Shown here piece after piece: positions 1-6,225 of a DNA stretch of 45,437 nucleotides. Every line of letters begins with the position of its first letter. The stretch's first letter is position 1. Under the pieces are notes generated by a model, which saw nothing but the letters and a program-made list of their open reading frames with translations, was not told where the DNA came from and ran no database searches. Made by a program: the position numbers and the translations under genes. This DNA comes from Patescibacteria group bacterium (GTDB lineage: Bacteria; Patescibacteriota; Minisyncoccia; Phycocordibacterales; Phycocordibacteraceae), in NCBI GenBank assembly GCA_019752595.1, contig JAIELV010000003.1:1-45437 (forward strand), in the 5' to 3' direction.

Positions 1-983
1 GTGATACTGCCTCCTGTGATTTCAACATTCGCGAGTTTATCAATGTTGTTCAAGAGTGCGATGGTGTTTGCGATACCACCGAAGGAAGGTGCAGGATAGT
101 ACGGCGTTGGGTTGCCAACCACCTGGGTGATGCCCGAGAGAGTTGAAGAGAAAGAGGTGCGGAGTTTGTTTTCAAGATTCGTGAGTGCGTTCGCAAGTTC
201 AGTTTGCGAGACTCCTGAGAGAATCACGCTTCTCGTGATGTTTTCGATGACAGTGGTTGGTGCTGGTTGTTGCACAACACGCACTGGTTCACGAACAACA
301 ACAGTGGTGGTGGTTGCAACAGGAGTGACAACCACTGGTTGCACCTTCACTGGTGGTGTGACCACCACAACCGCATCACGAACAAACAGTGACGTGATGA
401 AGCGCCATGCGCGTTCGTACCAGGGGATGCCTTGAGAGAAGTTGGTGGTGGTGTTTCTCACAGAAGTCGAAAGTGAGTCTGTGGCGTTCAAAGCAGTTGC
501 GGTGCGAGTTTCTGATGTAAATATTTTTTGTGCTGAAGAAAAAAGTTCAGCAGTGGGTACATACGTACTTGCAAAACTAAAGGCAGAAACCATAAGAAAC
601 AAGGCGACCGCAAACGGCGCAAGAACAGGCATCGAGAATTTTCTGTTCGAATGCGCGGTGACCGACTCGAAAGTCGGCATATCTGTGGGAGGAACAATCG
701 GCAACGGAAGCGGTTTTTGTGAGAGTGCGGTCTGGTAATCCTTCTTGCGCTGGTCGCTGATTTTCTGAGCCAATTCACGCTTCTTTTCGGCAAGTCGGAC
801 AAGGTAGTCGGAAAGAGATTCCTTCTCAACAAACCACTCCCTGCCGACTCGGATACAGACAATCTCACCCCCCCTACAAATACGGCCTATATGTGTCTGA
901 CTGACGGAAGCAAGGCGAGCTGCGTCGCTTGTAGTGATAAATTCTTTCCCAGGATGTTCCTCAAAAAGTCGTGGCTCACTCAT
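1..983 (-). CDS. Partial gene (runs off left edge): HTH_17/excisionase-like N-terminal domain + transmembrane helix + Thr/Val-rich extracellular region
   Basis: Hand translation shows an open frame from ATG at 983 to the edge: MSEPRLFEEHPGKEFITTSDAARLASVSQTHIGRICRGGEIVCIRVGREWFVEKESLSDYL..., hydrophobic PVLAPFAVALFLMVSAFSFA, ending ...NNIDKLANVEITGGSIT. Not in the ORF track because there is no stop inside the window. Confidence 0.85.
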   Translation of the reverse strand, partial: MSEPRLFEEHPGKEFITTSDAARLASVSQTHIGRICRGGEIVCIRVGREWFVEKESLSDYLVRLAEKKRELAQKISDQRKKDYQTALSQKPLPLPIVPPTDMPTFESVTAHSNRKFSMPVLAPFAVALFLMVSAFSFASTYVPTAELFSSAQKIFTSETRTATALNATDSLSTSVRNTTTNFSQGIPWYERAWRFITSLFVRDAVVVVTPPVKVQPVVVTPVATTTTVVVREPVRVVQQPAPTTVIENITRSVILSGVSQTELANALTNLENKLRTSFSSTLSGITQVVGNPTPYYPAPSFGGIANTIALLNNIDKLANVEITGGSI

Positions 984-1176
984 AGGCAGATTCCGAACAT
1001 AGCTATATTTTACAAAGCGATGTTGAAACTCACCCTACCTTTAAAAAGTCGAACTGTGTATGAAATGTATACGCGCGCGCTCAACTAAAAAATTAAAAAC
1101 TGAAACTACCCTTAACTCTAAAGATGATTCTTAGTTCACAAAATGATTAGAGGCCGTTTGGTCTCACTGACTTATC

Positions 1177-1204
1177 AAAAAAAGAATCTCGGATAAACGA
1201 GATT
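1177..1204 (-). terminator. Putative intrinsic terminator after the secA-holin unit
   Basis: Stem AATCTCG(1185-1191)/CGAGATT(1198-1204) followed on the minus strand by a T run. Confidence 0.55.
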
Positions 1205-1241
1205 GAAAAATAAGGCTTTTATAGCTAGCTATGTCGGTGAG

Positions 1242-1577
1242 CTATTTTACAATTCTATCGACAACCCAACCAACAATTGCAATAACTAATCCGCCGAGGA
1301 GCGCAGGGACAAAACCAGAGACATCAAAACCTTCGACAAAAGAAGCGATACCGAGTATCAAGCCTGCATTTATGACAAAAGTGAAAAGACCTAGCGTGAT
1401 GATATTCAAGGGCAATGTCAAGAGCACGAGAATCGGTTTGAGTGTGATGTTTAGAACGCCGAGTAAAAGCGCAACGATTGAGGCAGTATAAAAACTTTCT
1501 ACAGTGAAACCAGGAATGAGATACGCTGAGAGAAAAAGAGCTCCTACGGTCGCTAAGAATTTAAGAATGAGATTCAT
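1242..1577 (-). CDS. Phage holin family (4-TM, YvlD-like) membrane protein
   Basis: 111 aa hydrophobic; signature LNxxLKPILxLLTLPLNIITLGLFTFVINA. Confidence 0.85.
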   Translation of the reverse strand: MNLILKFLATVGALFLSAYLIPGFTVESFYTASIVALLLGVLNITLKPILVLLTLPLNIITLGLFTFVINAGLILGIASFVEGFDVSGFVPALLGGLVIAIVGWVVDRIVK

Positions 1578-1599
1578 ACGTACTCATTCATGGTAACAC

Positions 1600-4065
1600 T
1601 TATTTGCTTTCAACTATCTTCCACCCCTGCGTCAAAAGGGGTTCTGCTTTTTTGTATTTCATCTCTTTAGTTTCTTTACCGTTCGTTATGGTTACATGAT
1701 CATTGCGACCAATCTTATCTTTTCCAGGCTCAAGTGCAGAAACAACAATACGCGGAACCGATTGTGCGGAAACTTGAGGGGCGCCAAGCTTTTCAATTTG
1801 CTCAGCAATGGTAGCTGAAAGACCATTTTCAAGATCTCGGAACAGCCGTAACCCTTCTCTTCTGTATTCAATGAATGGATCTCTGCCGCCGTATGAGCGC
1901 AAGTTTACACTGCCACGCAAATGCTCCATCGTTTCCAAGTGCTCTATCCAAAACATGTCATATGTCTGAAGTAGCGTATTTCGAAGGACATGGATAAATG
2001 AATCTCCAAGCTCCACTTTCTTTGCTTGATATGCCTCTTCCTCCTTCCCTGCTGTTCTAAGGTGCTCACGTGCAAGCGTTTCAATTTCTTCTGGAGTGCC
2101 TACTAAAATCGCTCGTCGTTTTCCGTAGATGAGTGTTCGCTGATGGTTTAAGACATCGTCGAATCCGAGCACGTGTTTTCTTGAGTCGAAGTTTACTCCT
2201 TCTATTTTTTCCTGGGCGGATTCTAATGTGCGCGTTACTATCCCCGACTGTATGGGTTCATCTTCAGGAATTCCTAAACTCCCCATCATGTTCTTTACAG
2301 TGTCAGACGCAAAGATGCGCATCAGTTTATCTTCAAGTGAAACGAAAAATTGAGTCTCGCCAGGATCTCCTTGTCGCCCTGCTCTTCCCCGTAACTGATT
2401 GTCTATTCTTCGTGCATCGTGCCTTTCGGTTCCGATAACATACAAACCACCAAGCGCTTTTACTTCTTCATACGCTTCAAGTGTTGAGGGATTACCGCCG
2501 AGCTTAATGTCGACACCGCGGCCAGCCATGTTGGTAGCAACAGTCACCCCACCCTTAATGCCTGCTTGTGCGATGATTTCTCCTTCTCGCTCATGATTCT
2601 TTGCATTCAACATTTGATGTGGTATTCCCGCAGAACGAAGCGCAGATGCCAAACGTTCGTTCACCTCAATTGAGGTTGTACCAATAAGTACGGGCTGTTT
2701 CTTCTCGTGACGCTCCTTTACTGCCTTTACAATCGCCTTAAACTTCCCTGCTTCAGATTGGAATATGAGGTCATGTGAGTCCTTTCGAGCTATTGCGCGG
2801 TGCGTCGGGATGACCACCACATCTAAGTCGTACACCGAGCGAAACTCCTCCGCGCTTGTAGCCCCCGTACCAGTCATTCCAGCTACTTTCTCGTACATAC
2901 GGAAGTAGTTTTGGAACGTTACCGACGCATACGTTTGGCTCTCCTTTTGCACAGAAACACCTTCTTTTGCCTCAATTGCCTGATGCAATCCTTCAGACCA
3001 ACGTCTTCCTGGCTGTAAGCGACCCGTGAACTCGTCGACAATAACAATATTCCCGTCTTTTACGACGTAATCCTTATCCTTTATATAGATTGCTTGCGCT
3101 TTCACCGCCGATTCCAAGTGGTGGGCGTACTTTGTTCCGCCTTCAGCGTACAAGTTATCAAGCCCCAGCGCTTTCTCGGCTTTCTCAACCCCTGAATCGC
3201 TAATAATGACTGCGCGTAATTTTTCATCAACGGTATAATCGTCCCCTGCTTTCAAGGAGCGAGCAATAATAGCAAACGTTTTATACAACTCGCCTGCGTC
3301 GCGCGCGGGACCTGAAATAATCAACGGGGTACGCGCTTCGTCGATAAGAATAGAGTCTACTTCGTCGACAATAGCAAAATAATGATTCCGCTGGCGAATA
3401 TTAGCGGGGTCATACTCAAGGTTATCTCTCAAATAATCGAATCCATACTCGTTGTTCGTGCCGTAGGTTATGTCGGTCGCATACGCTTCTTTTCTTGAAA
3501 CGGGACGAAGAAATTCATATACAACCTTGAAAGAGCCGACCTCATCACGCTCTGCATCCTTCTCGCTGTGTGACGGGTCATATATATATGAAGAGTCGTG
3601 ATTGATGACGCCAACGGTGAGACCTAAAGCGGAATACACCTGCCCCATCCATGCAGCGTCACGACGAGCAAGGTAATCGTTCACGGTCACCACGTGCACA
3701 CCTTTACCCGTGAGTGCGTTCAAATACGCAGGCAATGTGGCAACCAAGGTCTTCCCCTCCCCTGTGCGCATTTCCGCAATTGAATGGTTATGGAGCACAT
3801 ACCCGCCGATAAGCTGTACGTCGTAATGACGCTCATTCAAAGTTCTCCTGGAGGCTTCGCGAGTAGCAGCAAACGCATCTGGCAGAAGCTGTTCGAGCGT
3901 TTCCCCTTCTGTTAGGCGTACACGCAAGGCTTCAGTGACTGCCCGAAGCTCTTCATCGCTCTTCGCTTGGTAGGCACTCTCCAGAGCGTTAATTTTGGGA
4001 ACGATGTTTTGAGCCTCTTTTAAGAGCGGGCTTTGGCCTTGAAAAATTTTATTGAGATCGAACAT
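1600..4065 (-). CDS. secA: Preprotein translocase ATPase SecA
   Basis: AEMRTGEGKT (Walker A), VTVNDYLARRD, IVDEVDSILIDEARTPLIISG, ATNMAGRGVDIKLGG, RRIDNQLRGRAGRQGDPG. ATG at 4065 preferred over the track's 4086. Confidence 0.98.
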   Translation of the reverse strand: MFDLNKIFQGQSPLLKEAQNIVPKINALESAYQAKSDEELRAVTEALRVRLTEGETLEQLLPDAFAATREASRRTLNERHYDVQLIGGYVLHNHSIAEMRTGEGKTLVATLPAYLNALTGKGVHVVTVNDYLARRDAAWMGQVYSALGLTVGVINHDSSYIYDPSHSEKDAERDEVGSFKVVYEFLRPVSRKEAYATDITYGTNNEYGFDYLRDNLEYDPANIRQRNHYFAIVDEVDSILIDEARTPLIISGPARDAGELYKTFAIIARSLKAGDDYTVDEKLRAVIISDSGVEKAEKALGLDNLYAEGGTKYAHHLESAVKAQAIYIKDKDYVVKDGNIVIVDEFTGRLQPGRRWSEGLHQAIEAKEGVSVQKESQTYASVTFQNYFRMYEKVAGMTGTGATSAEEFRSVYDLDVVVIPTHRAIARKDSHDLIFQSEAGKFKAIVKAVKERHEKKQPVLIGTTSIEVNERLASALRSAGIPHQMLNAKNHEREGEIIAQAGIKGGVTVATNMAGRGVDIKLGGNPSTLEAYEEVKALGGLYVIGTERHDARRIDNQLRGRAGRQGDPGETQFFVSLEDKLMRIFASDTVKNMMGSLGIPEDEPIQSGIVTRTLESAQEKIEGVNFDSRKHVLGFDDVLNHQRTLIYGKRRAILVGTPEEIETLAREHLRTAGKEEEAYQAKKVELGDSFIHVLRNTLLQTYDMFWIEHLETMEHLRGSVNLRSYGGRDPFIEYRREGLRLFRDLENGLSATIAEQIEKLGAPQVSAQSVPRIVVSALEPGKDKIGRNDHVTITNGKETKEMKYKKAEPLLTQGWKIVESK

Positions 4066-4099
4066 GGTGGTCGATAATCGTACCACGGAACAAATAACG

Positions 4100-4127
4100 A
4101 AAAAACGCCCTCTTGTTAGGGCGTTTT
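4100..4127 (-). terminator. Terminator-like hairpin upstream of secA
   Basis: AAAACGCCCT(4102-4111)/AGGGCGTTTT(4118-4127) flanked by A/T runs. Confidence 0.55.
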
Positions 4128-4133
4128 AAGGAA

Positions 4134-4163
4134 TTAAAAACCCGAGTTTCCTCGGGTTTTTAA
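4134..4163. terminator. Bidirectional terminator-like hairpin
   Basis: TTAAAAACCCGAG-tttc-CTCGGGTTTTTAA, a perfect 13-bp stem. Confidence 0.6.
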
Positions 4164-4228
4164 ATTACCGACAAGCGAGTGAGGGAAATAGAAAGTGTAC
4201 TTTCATATTTCCGAACGAGCGATGTCGG

Positions 4229-4256
4229 AAAGAAAAACCCCGGCTTACCGGGGTTT
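4229..4256 (-). terminator. Intrinsic terminator right after the small basic ORF
   Basis: AAACCCCGG(4235-4243)-ctta-CCGGGGTTT(4248-4256); T-rich tail on the minus strand, 4 nt after the stop codon. Confidence 0.7.
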
Positions 4257-4260
4257 CTTC

Positions 4261-4317
4261 TTATTTTCGGCGCTTTGCGCTTTTCTTTGCTTTCTTTGCC
4301 GCTTTTTTCTTTGCCAT
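4261..4317 (-). CDS. 18-aa Lys/Ala-rich basic peptide MAKKKAAKKAKKSAKRRK
   Basis: ATG at 4317 to TAA at 4263-4261; A-rich start context; own terminator and an upstream -10 box (TATACT 4424-4419). Confidence 0.6.
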   Translation of the reverse strand: MAKKKAAKKAKKSAKRRK

Positions 4318-4338
4318 AATAGTTTTTGAGATTTGCGA

Positions 4339-4409
4339 CTTGTATCTCTTGTTCGACGCCCGACCGAAGTAATGCGTTGTGCAAACATTACTCCGCGTCT
4401 CAATACAAG
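4339..4409 (-). promoter_or_regulatory. Structured 5' leader (long interrupted hairpin) of the small basic ORF
   Basis: Nested pairings: 4339-4345/4403-4409, 4355-4359/4395-4399, 4366-4374/4386-4394 (one G-U pair on the minus strand). Confidence 0.5.
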
Positions 4410-4462
4410 CTTATATTCAGTATATAGAGCTTTGTTTGTATTCAAGAATAAAAATCAATGCC

Positions 4463-4471
4463 TGTGGATAA
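4463..4471 (-). promoter_or_regulatory. Single consensus DnaA box
   Basis: TGTGGATAA is the reverse complement of TTATCCACA, in an AT-rich intergenic stretch. Confidence 0.45.
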
Positions 4472-4505
4472 CAAATGAATGTAAAAATATTTTAAAAATA
4501 AAAAA

Positions 4506-5543
4506 TTAGGAAAATTTTTCTTTATCTTTTCCAAACACACGAACTTCGGGAGAAATTTTAATTCCCGTCTCTGCAAAAAAATCTTTTACAATTCCTTCTG
4601 CTAAGACGAGTACATCACGTGTCGTAGCGTTTTTCTCTCCTGCAATAACCAAAGGTTGTTTCTCCCAAATAAACGCCCCCCCTTCTCGACGTCCCTTTGC
4701 GTGAAGAATTTGATCAAAAATCCACGCGAGGGGAACTTTCACACCTCCTTCAGGTAATTCATACACGGGCATCATGGGATATTTCTCACGTATCGCTTTC
4801 ACGCTCGTCGCTGTGAAAATAGGATTAAGGAAGAACGAGCCTGCGGTTCCGTATGTATCAAGCGGCGGGAATTTTGATGTGCGTATTTCCGCGACTGCAT
4901 CACGCACACGCACGAGGGTGGGTTCAATTGGTTTTTTTTCAAAATAAACGGTGAGGTCGCGATACTGCAAATTCGGCATACCTTTCGAGGAGAGTGCGAG
5001 CATGACGGAAACAATAACGTACCGATCGGCATTAGTTTTAAAAATACTTGTTCGATACCCGAATTCGCATTCCTCGCGCGAGAATGTGCGAAATTTTTCT
5101 TCATGCGTATCGAATACCTCAACTGAATGAAGCGTGTCACCGATAACCGCACCGTAGGCGCCAATATTTTGTACAACTGCAGCGCCTGTCGTTCCAGGAA
5201 TTGACGCAAGGTTTTCTATTCCCCACAAACCGCGCGAGACTGCATATGACACGAGCGCGTCCCACACTGCACCTGCCTCAGCGATAACGAATGTCTTTCC
5301 GTCTTTTTCCGTTTCGGAAATTGAGTTCGGAAGATATTTCAAGAGCGCCACGGGAAGACCGTCATCTGGCGGAAGCATGTTTGAACCATGACCAATCGGC
5401 ACGAGCGGAAGATTCTGCTCTCGCGAAAATGCGACAGCCTGTGGTAATTCTTCTTTTTTTTCAACACTAATCAAAAACCGCGCGGGGCCACCCGTGCGGA
5501 ATGTAGTCAAAGAGCTTAATGGTACGTTTTCTTCTATTTTCAT
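4506..5543 (-). CDS. murB: UDP-N-acetylenolpyruvoylglucosamine reductase
   Basis: TTFRTGGPA, IGHGSNML, GIENLASIPGTTGAAVVQNIGAYG, FGYRTSIFK, GTAGSFFLNP, PEVR. ATG at 5543 preferred. Confidence 0.96.
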   Translation of the reverse strand: MKIEENVPLSSLTTFRTGGPARFLISVEKKEELPQAVAFSREQNLPLVPIGHGSNMLPPDDGLPVALLKYLPNSISETEKDGKTFVIAEAGAVWDALVSYAVSRGLWGIENLASIPGTTGAAVVQNIGAYGAVIGDTLHSVEVFDTHEEKFRTFSREECEFGYRTSIFKTNADRYVIVSVMLALSSKGMPNLQYRDLTVYFEKKPIEPTLVRVRDAVAEIRTSKFPPLDTYGTAGSFFLNPIFTATSVKAIREKYPMMPVYELPEGGVKVPLAWIFDQILHAKGRREGGAFIWEKQPLVIAGEKNATTRDVLVLAEGIVKDFFAETGIKISPEVRVFGKDKEKFS

Positions 5544-5549
5544 ACGGAG

Positions 5550-5848
5550 CCCGCACACTAACTTTCGTCTTTGAGACTTCGCGAAATTCTCGTCATAAGG
5601 TGCTTTCGCGCTTGTCCTCGTAGCTTAAGCGCATCTTCACGATGGCGTGCGTCATCGTGGCTACGATACGCTTCATAGTAACAAAGTATAAACGGCGCGC
5701 GAGGACTGGTTGAACGTGACTTTTTTTCCTGATGCTCGCGAAGTCTCCGACGCAAATCACTGGTAACGCCTACATATAAATCACCATCTCGAACACTTTT
5801 CAGCACATACACATAAAACATGTAGGCAGACGAAAGTTAGTGTGCGGG
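5550..5848. mobile_element. Candidate GIY-YIG mini-element bounded by perfect 21-bp inverted repeats
   Basis: CCCGCACACTAACTTTCGTCT (5550-5570) and AGACGAAAGTTAGTGTGCGGG (5828-5848) enclose only the nuclease ORF. The repeat is certain; mobility is inferred. Confidence 0.6.
5558..5821 (-). CDS. Small stand-alone GIY-YIG nuclease
   Basis: 87 aa; YVYVL...LYVGVT.DLRRRLREH...YYEAY...ARHRE..LK, with the conserved Tyr/Arg/His/Glu positions present. Confidence 0.92.
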   Translation of the reverse strand: MFYVYVLKSVRDGDLYVGVTSDLRRRLREHQEKKSRSTSPRAPFILCYYEAYRSHDDARHREDALKLRGQARKHLMTRISRSLKDES

Positions 5849-5858
5849 GGAAGAGGGG

Positions 5859-6066
5859 GTTACCTGCGCCATGCGACCGACGGGTGCGAGCTCCAAGCAA
5901 AAATCTTTGTGAGTGCAGTCGTCGGCCGCATGGCGCAGACAACTCTACTACTGTACGCCTATCTACGGTTTCGAACAACTTTTTTAGCTGTAAAAATTAT
6001 ATAGTGCGAGGCGTGGAAAAACGACTCTTCAAACCGTAGGTGCTTCTACGGTGTAGAAGAGTCGTT
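5859..6066 (-). other. Structured non-coding region (two long hairpins)
   Basis: 24-bp stem 5859-5882/5920-5943 with three G-U pairs on the minus strand; second stem 6020-6030/6056-6066 plus 6033-6039/6046-6052. Confidence 0.55.
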
Positions 6067-6104
6067 CGGAACCGCAACGAAGCAATGGGTAATTTTAACG
6101 CTAA

Positions 6105-6178
6105 GAAACGCAAAACCCCGCCGAGGCGGGGGCTTACGCAGATTTTTGTCGAGCTAACACTTTTAGTTAGCACTCACC
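6105..6178 (-). ncRNA. Candidate ~70-nt small RNA or attenuated leader
   Basis: Lies between a consensus promoter and a GC-rich terminator (CCCCGCC-TC-GGCGGGG-TTTT); 5' hairpin CTAAC/GTTAG; no credible ORF. Confidence 0.4.
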
Positions 6179-6183
6179 TCCAT

Positions 6184-6211
6184 ATTATAGCAAAAACGGC
6201 TGGTTTTGCAA
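6184..6211 (-). promoter_or_regulatory. Sigma70-type promoter
   Basis: TTGCAA (6211-6206), 16 nt spacer, TATAAT (6189-6184) with an extended TGn. Confidence 0.65.
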
Positions 6212-6225
6212 GTCTTGCGGGGCGT

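Noticed and set aside
112-1088. Track ORFs 112..435, 442..738, 488..868 and 891..1088
   Set aside because: Shadows of the real minus-strand frame 983 to <1.
1242-1577. Holin as evidence of a prophage
   Set aside because: This 4-TM family is common in chromosomes; no integrase, capsid, terminase or lysin nearby.
4160-4445. Track ORFs of 74 aa and 66 aa
   Set aside because: They run through terminator and leader hairpins; the 18-aa frame fits the promoter and terminator better.
4440-4505. Replication origin
   Set aside because: Only one DnaA box was seen, and no dnaA/dnaN in the window.
5550-6180. tRNA, tmRNA, RNase P RNA or group I intron around the GIY-YIG gene
   Set aside because: No cloverleaf/T-loop, RNase P or intron core motifs recognisable by eye; an Infernal scan is still needed.
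6167-6193. CIRCE element (TTAGCACTC)
   Set aside because: Only one half-site; the second arm GAGTGCTAA is absent after 9 nt, and there is no chaperone gene.
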